DNA of 64,000 bases from Squalus acanthias. Its lineage: Eukaryota. The DNA is taken from NCBI GenBank assembly GCA_030390025.1, contig CM059432.1, positions 25,546,001-25,610,000 on the forward strand, given 5' to 3'. Below, piece by piece: positions 12,334-24,234 of this stretch (the stretch's first letter is position 1; each line of letters opens with the position of its first letter). The notes under the pieces are model-generated. The model was not told the DNA's origin, ran no database searches, and saw only the letters and a list, made by a program, of their open reading frames with translations. A program made the position numbers and the translations under genes.

Positions 12334-14310
12334 GTGTGTTAATATTTTCAGGATTCTCTGGCAGTGTATTAATATTTTCAGGATTCTCTGGGAGTGTGTT
12401 AATATTTTCAGGATTCTCTGGGGGTGTGTTAATATTTACAGGATTCTCTGGGAGTGTGTTAATATTTTCAGGATTCTCTGGGAGTGTGTTAATATTTACA
12501 GGATTCTCTGGGAGTGTGTTAATATTTTCAGGATTCTCTGGGAGTGTGTTAATATTTACAGGATTCTCTGGGAGTGTATTAATATTTTCAGGATTCTCTG
12601 GGAGTGTGTTAATATTTCAGGATTCTCTGGGAGTGTGTTAACTATTTGGATTCTCTGGGAGTGTGTTAATATTTACAGGATTCTCTGGGAGTGTGTTAAT
12701 ATTTTCAGGATTCTCTGGGGGTGTGTTAATATTTACAGGATTCTCTGGGAGTGTGTTAATATTTACAGGATTCTCTGGGAGTGTGTTAATATTTTCAGGA
12801 TTCTCTGGCAGTGTATTAATATTTTCAGGATTCTCTGGGAGTGTGTTAATATTTACAGGATTCTCTGGGAGTGTGTTAATATTTACAGGATTCTCTGGGA
12901 GTGTGTTAATATTTTCAGGATTCTCTGGGAGTGTGTTAATATTTTCAGGATTCTCTGGCAGTGTATTAATATTTTCAGGATTCTCTGGGAGTGTGTTAAT
13001 ATTTTCAGGATTCTCTGGGAGTGTGTTAATATTTTCAGGATTCTCTGGGAGTGTGTTAATATTTACAGGATTCTCTGGGAGTGTGTTAATATTTTCAGGA
13101 TTCTCTGGGAGTGTGTTAATATTTACAGGATTCTCTGGGAGTGTGTTAATATTTTCAGGATTCTCTGGGAGTGTGTTAATATTTACAGGATTCTCTGGGA
13201 GTGTATTAATATTTTCAGGATTCTCTGGGAGTGTGTTAATATTTTCAGGATTCTCTGGGAGTGTGTTAATATTTTCAGGATTCTCTGGCAGTGTATTAAT
13301 ATTTTCAGGATTCTCTGGGAGTGTGTTAATATTTTCAGGATTCTCTGGGGGTGTGTTAATATTTACAGGATTCTCTGGGAGTGTGTTAATATTTTCAGGA
13401 TTCTCTGGGAGTGTGTTAATATTTTCAGGATTCTCTGGGAGTGTGTTAATATTTACAGGATTCTCTGGGAGTGTGTTAATATTTACAGGATTCTCTGGGA
13501 GTGTGTTAATATTTTCAGGATTCTCTGGGAGTGTGTTAATATTTACAGGATTCTCTGGGGGTGTGTTAATATTTACAGGATTCTCTGGGAGTGTGTTAAT
13601 ATTTACAGGATTCTCTGGGAGTGTGTTAATATTTTCAGGATTCTCTGGGAGTGTGTTAATATTTTCAGGATTCTCTGGCAGTGTATTAATATTTTCAGGA
13701 TTCTCTGGGAGTGTGTTAATATTTACAGGATTCTCTGGGAGTGTGTTAATATTTTCAGGATTCTCTGGGAGTGTGTTAACATTTACAGGATTCTCTAGGA
13801 GTGTGTTCATATTTTCAGGTTTCTCTGGGAGTGCGTTAATATTTTCAGGATTCTCTGGGAGTGTGTTAATATTTTCAGGATTCTCTGGGAGTGTGTTAAT
13901 ATTTTCAGGATTCTCTGGGAGTGTATTAATATTTTCAGGATTCTCTGGGAGTGTGTTAATATTTTCAGGATTCTCTGGGAGTGTGTTAATATTTTCAGGA
14001 TTCTCTGGCAGTGTATTAATATTTTCAGGATTCTCTGGGAGTGTGTTAATATTTACAGGATTCTCTGGGAGTGTGTTAATATTTTCAGGATTCTCTGGGA
14101 GTGTGTTAACATTTACAGGATTCTCTAGGAGTGTGTTCATATTTTCAGGTTTCTCTGGGAGTGTGTTAATATTTTTGGGGTTCTCTGGGAGTGTGTTAAT
14201 ATTTTCAGGATTCTCTGGGAGTGTGTTAATATTTTTTGGGTTCTCTGGGAGTGTGTTAATATTGTCAGGATTCTCTGGGAGTGTGTTAATATTTTTGGGA
14301 TTCTCTGGGA
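12334..14310. repeat. 30-bp minisatellite, ~66 copies, with degenerate units extending left to ~12090
   Basis: Unit gtgtgttaatatt(t/a)caggattctctggga-like repeated head to tail with no unique spacers. Confidence 0.99.
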
Positions 14311-14427
14311 CTGTTAATATGATTACACTTGCAGACAGAACAGAAGTGTTTTGCAAAACGGGCACCTAATCTGTGTTTAATGTTTCCAGTGTGATTGTAC
14401 CATGAACATTAGATACATTATACTAGA

Positions 14428-17212
14428 TTATCACAGAGACATGGTTGAGGGAGGGGCAGGACTAGCAGCTCAATATTCCGGGGTATAGACTATTCAGGCG
14501 AGACAGAGGGGGGTGTAAAAGAGGAGGGGGTGTCTCAATATTAATCAAGGAGTCAATTACTGCTGTAAGGAGGGATGATATCTTAGCAGGTTCCTCTAAT
14601 GAGGCCATATGGGTAGAACTTAAAAACAAAAAGGGGGCAAGCACATTGCTGGGAGTGTACCATAGGCCCCCAAACAGTCAGGGGGAGATAGAGGAACAGA
14701 TATGTAGGCAAATCTCAGAGAAGTGTAGAAATAATAGGGTAATAATTATAGGGGATTTCAACTTCGCCAATATTAACTGGGATAGTCAGAGTGTGAAAGG
14801 CTTAGAGGGTGCGGAATTCTTAAAGTGCATCCAGGAGAGCTTTTTGAGCCAGCATGCAGAAAGTCCTACAAGAGAGGGAGCGGTACTGGACCTAATTCTA
14901 GGGAATGTAGCCAGGCAAGTGGTAGAAGTGTCAGTAGGAGAGCATTTTGGTGACAGTGACCATAATTCGGTGAGATTTAAGGTAGTCATGGAAAAGGACA
15001 AAGATGGACCGGAAATAAAGGTTCTAAATTGGGGGAAGGCCGATTTTAATATGATAAGGCAGGATCTGGCCAAAGTAAACTGGGATCAGCTACTTGTAGG
15101 AAAATCCACATCAGAGCAATGGGAGTCTTTCAGAAAGGAAATAGAGAGAGTACAACACCAACATGTTCCCGTAAAGGTCAAGGGTGGGACCAACAAGCCG
15201 GGGGAACCCTGGATGTCAAGGGATATACGAGAATGGATTAGGAAAAAAAGGGAGGCTTTTGGCAGATACAAAGGACTAAAAACAGTGGAAGCCCTGGATG
15301 AGTATAGAAAGTGCAGGGGGGTACTTAAAAAAGAAATTAGGAGAGCGAAGACGGGGCATGAAAAAAGACTGGCGGGCAAAATAAAGGAAAATCCCAAGGT
15401 GTTTTATTAGTATATTAAGGGCAAGAGGATAACCAGGGAAAGAGTAGGGCCCATTAGGGACCAAAGTGGTAATCTGTGTGTAGAGCCGGAAGATGTAGGT
15501 GAGGTTTTAAATGAATATTTTGCATCTGTGTTCACTATGGAGAAGGACGATGTAGGCATAGAAATCAGGCAGGGGAATTGTGATATACTTGAACAAATTA
15601 GTATTGAGAGGGAGGCGGTACTAGCGGTTTTAGCGGGCTTAAATGTGGATAAATCCCCAGGCCCAGATGAGATGTATTCCAGGCTGCTGTGTGAGGCAAG
15701 GGAGGAGATTGCAGGGGCTCTGACACAAATTTTCAGAACCTCTCTAAACACAGGGGAGGTGCCAGGGGACTGAAGAACAGCTAACGTAGTAGCATTATTC
15801 AAGAAGGGTAGTAGGAATAAACCAGGGAATTACAGGCCAGTGAGCCTAACATCAGTGGTAGGGAAATTATTGGAAAAAATTCTGAGGGACAGAATTAGTC
15901 TCCACTTGGAGAGGCAAGGATTAATCAAGGATAGTCAGCATGGCTTTGTCAGGGGGAGATCATGTCTAACCAATTTGATTGAATTTTTCGAGGGGGTGAC
16001 TAGGTGTGTGGATGAGGGTAATGCAGTTGATGTAGTCTACTTGGACTTCAGAAAGGGTTTTGACAAAGTCCCACTTGGGAAACTGGTCAGGAAGCTAAGA
16101 GCCCATGGGATCCAGGGCAATTTGGCACATTGGATCCAAAATTGGCTTAGTGGCAGGAGGCAGAGGGTGATGGTCAAAGGTTGTTTTTGTGACTGGGAGC
16201 CTGTGTCCAGTGGTGTACCGCAGGGATCGGTGCTGGGTCCTTTGCTGTTTGTAGTGTACATTAATGATTTAGATATGAATGTAGGAGGTATGATCAGCAA
16301 GTTCGCAGATGACACGAAAATTGGTGGAGTGGTAAATAGCGAGGAGGGAAGCCTCAGGGTACAGGACGATATAGACGGGTTGGTTAGATGGGCAGAACAG
16401 TGGCAAATGGGATTTAACCCTGAAAAGTGTGAGGTGATGCATTTTGGGAGGACGAACAAGGCAAGGGAATACACAGTGAATGTTAGGACCCTAGGAAGGA
16501 CAGAGGATCAGAGGGACCTTGGTGTGCATGTACATAGATCCCTGAAGGCAGCAGGACAGGTAGATGAGGTGGTTAAAAAGGCATATGGGATACTTGCCTT
16601 CATTAGCTGAGGCATAGAATATAAGAGCAGGGAGGTTATGATGGAGCTGTACAAAATGGTAGTTAGGCCACAGCTGGAATACTGTGTGCAGTTCTGGTCG
16701 CCACACTAGAGGAAGGAAGTGATTGCATTGGAGAGGGTGCAGAGGAGATTCACCAGGATGTTACCTGGGCTGGAGCGCTTCAGCTATGAAGAGAGACTGG
16801 ACAGGCTGGGATTGTTTTCCTTAGAGCAGAGAAGGCTGAGGGGGGACCTGATTGAGGTGTACAAAATTATGAGGGGCATAGATAGGGTGTATAGAAAGGA
16901 ACTTTTCCCCTTAGTAGAGGGGTCAATAACCAGGGGACATAGTTTCAAGGTAAGGGGCAGGAGGTTTAGAGGGGATTTGAGGAAAAACTTTTCACCCAGA
17001 GGGTGGTTGGAATCTGGAACTCACTGCCTGAAAGGGTGGTAGAGGCAGGAACCCTCACAACATTCAAGAAGCATTTCGATGAGCACTTGAAACGCCATAG
17101 CGTACAAGGCTACAGACCAAGTGCTGGAAAATGGGATTAGAATAGACACGGCTTGATGGTCGGCGCGGACACGATGGGCCGAAGGGCCTCTTTCTGTGCT
17201 GTATAACTCTAT
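14428..17212 (+). mobile_element. 5'-truncated CR1 LINE (APE-RT ORF2 pseudogene), same family as 3245..5469
   Basis: ORFs 14646..15410 (GVYHRPP, GDFN, SDHN), 15528..15773, 15840..16610 (RT) and 16719..17042. The tail ctat|gactctat is split by a MITE. Confidence 0.97.
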
Positions 17213-18092
17213 GGGGGAAAAATTCAGTTGGTTGCGCCTCCCGTTAGCGCCTTAAGAGGGCGCAAAACAACTAGCGCCCGGGCGCGGCGATGTTTACGCC
17301 GCTCGTGAAATTTACTAGACATTTTGCGGCGGCGCTAAACACTACTGCCACGATCTCCTGCGCCGGCAGATCGTGACGTCAGTCGAGTGCGCAATGCCCC
17401 GGTATCGCCCCGGAGCGGATATTGAGTGGCGCCCCCTGCCTTACCGCCTGCCGCTAGCAATGACAGGTTGAGGGGAGTGTTTTGCAGTCAAGAAGGGACT
17501 GGGGGAGCGCTATTTAATGGCGACCGCTTCCTGCCTTTTATTGTTGGTGACATTTTTGAACCATGCATTCTGAGAGAGAGAGAGAGACTTCTGGAGAGAT
17601 TTAACACTGTGTGAAGGAGTTTTGGGTACTGAGCAGCACTTTGCAGGTTCATTTTGAATTGCCCTTCCTTGTATCGATTTAGAAGAGACTGTGGGGGCTG
17701 CACTCTGAGCTCTTTCCCTGGTACTCTCCATTGTTCTTTCCAGCAGATTTAATGTGCAGGTCTCTCCAGGCTGAGATTCAAGGCTGCAATGAGCAGGATG
17801 TGGATGGAAAGCAAGATCAACCCTCCCCTTTAAGAACTGGCCCACGCCATTGTGTGTGTGTTCCATTGCTGACTGACATCACATGAGCTTCGCCAGCGCT
17901 CTGAGGTAGCGCCTCGCTCCTTGGCCTTTGCGCCTTAAGACAGGTGTGAAGCGCCTGATTTAGCGCTCCAATCACCTCCAGGGGCGATAAAAGTCAAGTT
18001 TGCAGTCGGAGGCGATAATTAGCGCCAGGCGCTAATCTTTGCGCCCGGCCGATAATTGCGCCCCAAATGGGGCGATACTGAATTTCTCCCCC
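17213..18092. mobile_element. PIF/Harbinger-type MITE inserted in the CR1 tail
   Basis: TIRs GGGGGAAAAATTCAG / CTGAATTTCTCCCCC; TSD TAT at 17210-17212 and 18093-18095; CpG-rich subtermini with repeated agcgcc motifs. Confidence 0.9.
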
Positions 18093-18196
18093 TATGACTC
18101 TATTAGAGGAAGGACATGTAAAATGCTAAAATAGCAGCAGTCCGTCACTGTCATACTTCAAAAAGGAGGCCAGGGTCCAAGTATATTTGAGATTAC

Positions 18197-19054
18197 AGCC
18201 GCGATTTTGCCGGCGCTCAGAGGGCGGGTTTGGAGGTGGGTCAGAGGTTAAATTCATTTTGATTGACGGTGGGTTCCGCCTCCAAGCAGCTTTCCCAAGT
18301 GTCGGTCCCCGATTTGCGAATGGTCCCGACACCTAATGGCGGGAAGCGGATTAAAGGCCATTACCTGCCCATTAACAGATACTTGCCAGTAGTTTTCAGC
18401 CTGTTTTGAGATTTTCCCGCTTCTGGGTTGGGATTCCCGATGTCCAGACACCATGCCAGGTAAGTGTGGCGTGTTGTGAGTCGGGTGTAATGTTTGTGGA
18501 ATGATGACAGCTGCAGAAGTGGTGTGAAGGATCCAATGTTGCACATGGTAAGTTTCAAAGCAAAGGAAATGTTGGGTACTACATTTTTAAAACATTTACA
18601 GATTTCTTTAGCTTACAAGTTTTTAAATCCATGTCCAGTGCCACCTCATTGTGAGAACGTCTCTCACCAGTGACAGATCGCTTCTGTCACCTCACCTGTA
18701 GCTGCCATCTATTCCAGCCTATGAAGGGAGTCATTGGAGAGCCTGGGTGCAAGAGGTCACCTTTGTGCAGTGATTGTCAGTGTTTTCAGCACTTCAATGC
18801 TGTCAAACACTGAGAAATCAACTGTCAAAATAAAATTGTGTGTGGTCCCTTTAAGGAAACCGGCAGTTGACGCGTCATCAAATGACGTCATCAGACCCGC
18901 TTCCTGTTAATTAGCTGGCAAGCCCGCAGGGCGGGCTTAACAAGATCAATAAAGGTAAAACCACGTCTGTGGAGCGGATGCAGCTGGGATGGGACTGGAA
19001 GCCGGAAACCAGCTGTCCCGCACCCAACCCGACACCGATGACAAAATCGCTGAC
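18197..19054. mobile_element. Degenerate Harbinger-type MITE
   Basis: Ends gccgcgattttg / caaaatcgctgac; ggcgggtttggagg subterminal motif shared with other MITEs in the window. Confidence 0.6.
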
Positions 19055-19057
19055 TAA

Positions 19058-19901
19058 GTGCTGGATTTTGATACTGGGGTCGGGTTGGTGTCGTGAATCC
19101 CACTTTTTGGCTTGTAGACCCGCCTCCATCGACTTGTGGCCAACCCACTGTATTTTCACTTGATTGACCTTGTTGAGCCCGCCCAGTGGGCTCAGCAGGC
19201 CAATTAATGGCCACCCGGCAACAGGTGATGTCACAGATTGACATTTCATCTGTCAAGAGCTTTTGACAGATGAAATATCAACATTTGACAGCTCTGTGAA
19301 GCTGTCAAACACTGACAATATGATTTCTAACTTGAGTCCTTCCTCTCAGGCTGAGTTAGAAATCATTCCAGCACAGAAAACAGAAGGCTGCAGTTTTTGA
19401 CAGCACCACGGCTTTTCTGCTTTCTGTGCCGGTGAGATTTCTGACTCCCGAGACCTGAAGGGCTGACACCTGCAGGAGGAAGTTAAGGTAAGTAAAACTT
19501 TTTCCCACACTTTGCACTTACCTTACACACTTACCTCTGCACACATGCACCCATCACTCACCTGCCCACCGGACATATCGACCCCTCCAACCCCTGCAGA
19601 CCCACGGTCCACCCCGATAACTTGGCGTGGTTGGCACCTGTCGGGAAGCCCACATTTCAGCGATTGAAATAGGGATTAGGCAAAAAACTGCCTGTTAACT
19701 ACCTGTTAACAGGCAGTTAATTGTCACTAATCCCTTCCCGCCTCAGGGAGTCGGGTCCCAGCACAGGTCGGGTACCCGCCGACAGCGAAACTGGCATGGA
19801 GGCGGGTTGGGGGCGGGATGGGGTCGGGACCCCCGAATCTGCAACTTTAACCCCCCACACGCCTCCAAACCCGACTCCACGGGTCACTGAAAATCCAGCC
19901 C
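19058..19901. mobile_element. Harbinger-type MITE abutting the previous one
   Basis: Ends gtgctggattttg / gaaaatccagccc. The right ~110 bp closely matches 63570-63679; the interior is related to 34599..35443. Confidence 0.75.
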
Positions 19902-20059
19902 ATAGAGTATGTTGCTTTATCTGTAAATTTTTCAAAATATAGAGAGGCATTGTTCTAGGTGCTAATCAAGTTGTGCATGGCTAAACCATTAAGAGATGTG
20001 CAAGACCAGGATGAGTGCTCATTAGCATGGAGTGCAAACATCCATTGTGTCATTGAACC

Positions 20060-20510
20060 TGTGCACTAGTTTTTAGTAATTTGTGTATGTGGACTCTAAA
20101 CTCTCCTTGTTCCTCCGCAGTGCTTAGTTTTTCACCATTTAGAAAATATTCTGATTTGTCTTTCTTGGAACCAAAATGGATATTCTCAAACTTCCCTACA
20201 TTGAACTCCATTTGTCATTGTTTTTCCCACTCACTTAGTCTGTTTATGTCCCTTTGTAACTTCCTCATCCTATCCACACAGCAAACTGCACCTCCTAACA
20301 ATGTCACCTGCAAACTAGGATATACAACTCTCTATTCTTTCATCTAAGTTACTAATATATATGCTGAAAAGCTGAGGCCCCAGTACAGATCCATAGGGAA
20401 CATTACTTGTCCCATCCGGCCAATCAGAAAACAAACCTTTTATCCCTACTCTCTGTCTCCTACCTGCCAACCAATTACAGACTGTTTCCAATTCCGTGCA
20501 CTCTTATTTT
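20060..20510 (-). mobile_element. Old CR1 RT fragment
   Basis: Degenerate similarity to the CR1 RT segment in 2690-3100. Confidence 0.7.
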
Positions 20511-21056
20511 TACTTAAAAAACCCTGAACGAGAGTTTAACTTGGCAAGGGAGGAAGAAATCTGAAAGGAGATCATGCCAGGCTTTGGCAATCACATTTAT
20601 AAGATACAGCAAGATACGACTATTATGATAGTTAGTTAATGTAGGTTCACAAATACGCATAACATCAAGTGCTTGAATATTGCTAACCTCTGCATTTTAT
20701 TCAAACTCCTTGGAGAATATGTCGAATGATCATTGTCTTCTTGTATTTTTAGTTCATTAATTTTATTGCTTTTCCAAGTCTCATGCTGATATTGGGTAAA
20801 CATCCATCATTGGATGATGCATTTTCCAAAGTCAGTAGTTCCTAAGTTCAGTGTTCCTATCTATGCCAATGATTCATGCACATCCAATGAGACTATTACT
20901 CTTATAGAGTCAATCTGCAAATTACACCAGCTGTGAACCTGAGTTTCTGGCACCAACATTCAAGGGCCACGATCAACCAATCAGATGGAATTGGAGGTGT
21001 CTCCAGGGAATAAACAAGAATATCCACAAGCTCAGTTCAGTAAAGACTAAGACCAT

Positions 21057-21620
21057 ATCATAGAATCATAGAATGGTTACAGCACAGAAGGAGGCCATTC
21101 GGCCCTTTGAGCCTGTCTATGTCCTCTTGAAGTCTATCACTATCCTCCTCACTGTTCACTGTACTTCAAAGTTTTGTGTCATCTGTAAATTTTGAAATTG
21201 TCCCCTGTACACCCAAGTCTAAGTCATTAACATAGATCAAGAAAAGCAGTGGTCCTAGTACCAAACCCTGGGGAACACCACTGTATACCTTCCTCCAGTC
21301 CGATAAACAACCGTTCACCATTACCCTCCGTTTCCTGTCACTTAGCCAATTTCGTATCCATGCTGCCACTGTCCCTTCTATTCCATGGGCTTCAACTTTG
21401 CTGGCAAGCCTATTATGTGGCACTTTATCAAACGCCACATTGCCCTCATTAACCCTCTCTGCTACCTCAACGAAAAACTTAATCAAGTTAGTTAAACATG
21501 ATTTGCCTTAAACAAATCTGTGCTGGCTTTACTTAATTAATCCACACTTGTCCAAGTGACTATTAATTTTGTCCCGGGTTATCGTTTCTAAAAGCTTCCC
21601 CACTACCAAGGTTAAACTAG
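21057..21620 (-). mobile_element. Internally deleted CR1 fragment
   Basis: (catagaat) tail; ORF 21166..21486 contains SGVPQGLVLGP and KFTDDTKL. Confidence 0.9.
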
Positions 21621-21654
21621 GTATTGGGGAAGCTATGTTATAAATTAAAAATGG

Positions 21655-21766
21655 TGGGGGTGAAATTGGTAGTCAGTTATAACACAAAACAGGTAATAGT
21701 GAGTCGGCAGATGGTTTTACACCTCGCTCAATTTTTTTTTCCATTGGGAGACCAATTTCACCCCCA
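21655..21766. mobile_element. Short Harbinger-type MITE
   Basis: TIR gggggtgaaattggt / accaatttcaccccc. Confidence 0.65.
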
Positions 21767-21784
21767 GTGAGTGATCTCCTGCAT

Positions 21785-23746
21785 CTTGGGAACAGTTTAA
21801 GATAGAGCAAAGGAGGGCAAAGGGCTTAATCAAGAAGGGCAAAATAGCTTACGAAAGCAAGCTGGCGGAAAATATAAAAACTAACTCCAAAAGCTTTTAT
21901 AAGTATATCAAGAGGAAAAGACTGGTGAAAACCAAAGTTGGTCCATTGCAGTCAGATACGGGGGAATATATAATGGGAAATAAGGAAATGGCAGACCAAC
22001 TAAATGCATACTTTGGGTCAGTCTTTACGAAGGAAGACACAAAAAACCTCCCTGGGATATCGGGAAAAATAGGGACATTGGCAAAGGAGGAACTGACGCA
22101 AATCAATATCTCTAAGGATATGGTGTTAAGGAAGCTAAAGGGATTGAAGGCGGACAAATCCCCAGGGCCTGATAACATGCATCCTAGGGTACTGAAGGAG
22201 GTGGCCCTAGAGATAGCGGATGCACTAAGCATGATTTTTCAGAATTCATTAGACTCGGGAACAGTGCCCATGGATTGGAGGGTAGCTAACGTTACCCCAC
22301 TATTCAAAAAGGGGGGTAGGGAAAAAGCAGGTAATTACAGACCTGTAAGCCTTACATCAGTTGTGGGCAAAATGCTGGAGTCCATCATTAAGGATGAAAT
22401 AGCCGAGCACTTAGCAAATGGGGACAGGATAGGACAGAGTCAACATGGATTTACAAAGGGTAAATCGTGCTTGACTAATCTATTGGAATTTTTTGAGGGA
22501 GTAACTGGTAAAATAGATGGGGGAGAGCCAGTAGATGTGGTGTACCTGGACTTCCAAAAGGCCTTCGATAAGGTCCCACATAAAAGATTAGCATGGAAAA
22601 TTGAAGCTCATGGGATAAAGGGGAAAGTATTGACGTGGATAGAGAACTGGCTGTCAGATAGAAAACAGAGAGTTGGAATAAACGGCTCATTTTCTGAATG
22701 GCAGGCAGTAACAAGTGGGGTACCACAGGGATCTGTCCTGGGTCCCCAGCTGTTCACAATTTATATTAATGACCTGGATCAGGGAGTCGAATGCAGCATT
22801 TCCAAATTTGCAGACGACACTAAACTAGGAGGGGGGGTGGGCTCAGAGGAGGAGACCAGGAAGCTCCAGAGCGATTTGGACAGACTGGGTGATTGGGCGG
22901 ATAAATGGCAGATGCACTATAATGTGGACAAGTGCGAAGTTATCCACCTTGGGTGCAGGAACGGGAGGGCAAATTATTATTTAAATGGCAATAAATTGGG
23001 AGAGGGGGAAGTACAGAGAGACCTGGGTGTTCTTGTACACCAGTCACTGAAGGCGAGCATGCAGGTGCAACAGGCGGTCAAGAAGGCAAACGGTATGCTG
23101 GCCTTCATAGCAAAAGGGTTGGAATACAGGAACAGGGATACCTTGCTGCAGCTGTACAGGGCACTGGTGAGACCACACCTCGAGTACTGTGTACAGTTTT
23201 GGTCGCCTCATCTGAGGAAAGATGTTCTTGCCATGGAGGGGGTGCAGCGGCGATTCACCAGGCTGATACCAGGAATGGCGGGATTGACCTATGAGGAGAG
23301 ACTATGTAGTTTAGGGATGTACACACTGGAGTTTAGAAGATTGAGAGGGGACCTCATAGAAGTGTATAAAATTCTGACAGGTCTAGACAGATTAGATGCA
23401 GAAGGAATGTTTCCCTTGGCGGGTGAGAACAGAACTAGAGGACACAATTTAAGGATAAGGGCTAAACCATTTAGGACAGAAATGAGGGGGAATTTCTTCA
23501 CTCAGAGAGTGGTGAACCTGTGGAACTCATTGCCACAGAGGGCAGTGTACGCCAGCTCATTAAATATATTTAAGAGGGAATTAGATATATTTCTACAGGC
23601 AAAAGGGGTTAAGGGTTACGGAGAGAAGGCGGGGACGGGATACTGAATTGAAGGATCAGCCATGATCTCATTAAATGGCGGAGCAGGCTCGAAGGGCCGG
23701 ATGGCCTACTCCTGCTCCTATCTTCTATGTATCTATGTATCTATGT
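21785..23746 (+). mobile_element. Young 5'-truncated CR1 LINE
   Basis: Uninterrupted RT reading frame; CR1 3' UTR and (ctatgtat)n tail. Confidence 0.97.
21925..23646 (+). CDS. CR1 ORF2 C-terminal part (reverse transcriptase domain), open frame of a truncated copy; expression not shown
   Basis: 573 aa with KSPGPD, NYRPVSLTS, QHGF, YLDFQKAFDKV, SGVPQGSVLGP and KFADDTK; no endonuclease domain. Confidence 0.8.
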   Translation: MKTKVGPLQSDTGEYIMGNKEMADQLNAYFGSVFTKEDTKNLPGISGKIGTLAKEELTQINISKDMVLRKLKGLKADKSPGPDNMHPRVLKEVALEIADALSMIFQNSLDSGTVPMDWRVANVTPLFKKGGREKAGNYRPVSLTSVVGKMLESIIKDEIAEHLANGDRIGQSQHGFTKGKSCLTNLLEFFEGVTGKIDGGEPVDVVYLDFQKAFDKVPHKRLAWKIEAHGIKGKVLTWIENWLSDRKQRVGINGSFSEWQAVTSGVPQGSVLGPQLFTIYINDLDQGVECSISKFADDTKLGGGVGSEEETRKLQSDLDRLGDWADKWQMHYNVDKCEVIHLGCRNGRANYYLNGNKLGEGEVQRDLGVLVHQSLKASMQVQQAVKKANGMLAFIAKGLEYRNRDTLLQLYRALVRPHLEYCVQFWSPHLRKDVLAMEGVQRRFTRLIPGMAGLTYEERLCSLGMYTLEFRRLRGDLIEVYKILTGLDRLDAEGMFPLAGENRTRGHNLRIRAKPFRTEMRGNFFTQRVVNLWNSLPQRAVYASSLNIFKRELDIFLQAKGVKGYGEKAGTGY

Positions 23747-24234
23747 AAAGGTACTGTACCTTTAGGTGGCCCTGTAAACATAATGTTATGTGACACATTG
23801 AAAATAGTGGAGTGCTACCTAACGTGGTGCCCTTACTGATCACTTTACTGAACTGTAAAAATTGCCAATTCACCCCTTTCAGGAAAAAAACACAGTCCCA
23901 TGCACCCATGGAATGTGCAAATAAGAAAATAGAAAAGCCATTAAAAAATGGTTCCCAATGTAAATTATTCAATGGCAGTGCAGAGAAGCACATCTGAGAA
24001 GTGTCTGATTATATTCACGTCCAGGCATCCTCCTGCATCCAGAAGAGCCTCAGAAACTCACCTCCTGTGTCTCCTTGAGGCTCCTCCAGCAGCACTAGTG
24101 GTGTCTCATTTATATTGCATTACTGCTGCCCATCATCGATTAAAGCAGTGGTTTTCAAACTCTTGTGTGTGTGAACTCCCTGCAGATATTGGTGCACACC
24201 CTGAAATCCTCTGTCCTAATTTCTGAAAGACAGT

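Noticed and set aside
12334..14310. CRISPR-like array
   Set aside because: Units are contiguous with no unique spacers, there are no cas genes, and the context is eukaryotic.
12309..14369. Long ORFs (387-575 aa) on both strands
   Set aside because: A by-product of a stop-free 30-bp unit; decapeptide repeats with no flanking gene structure.
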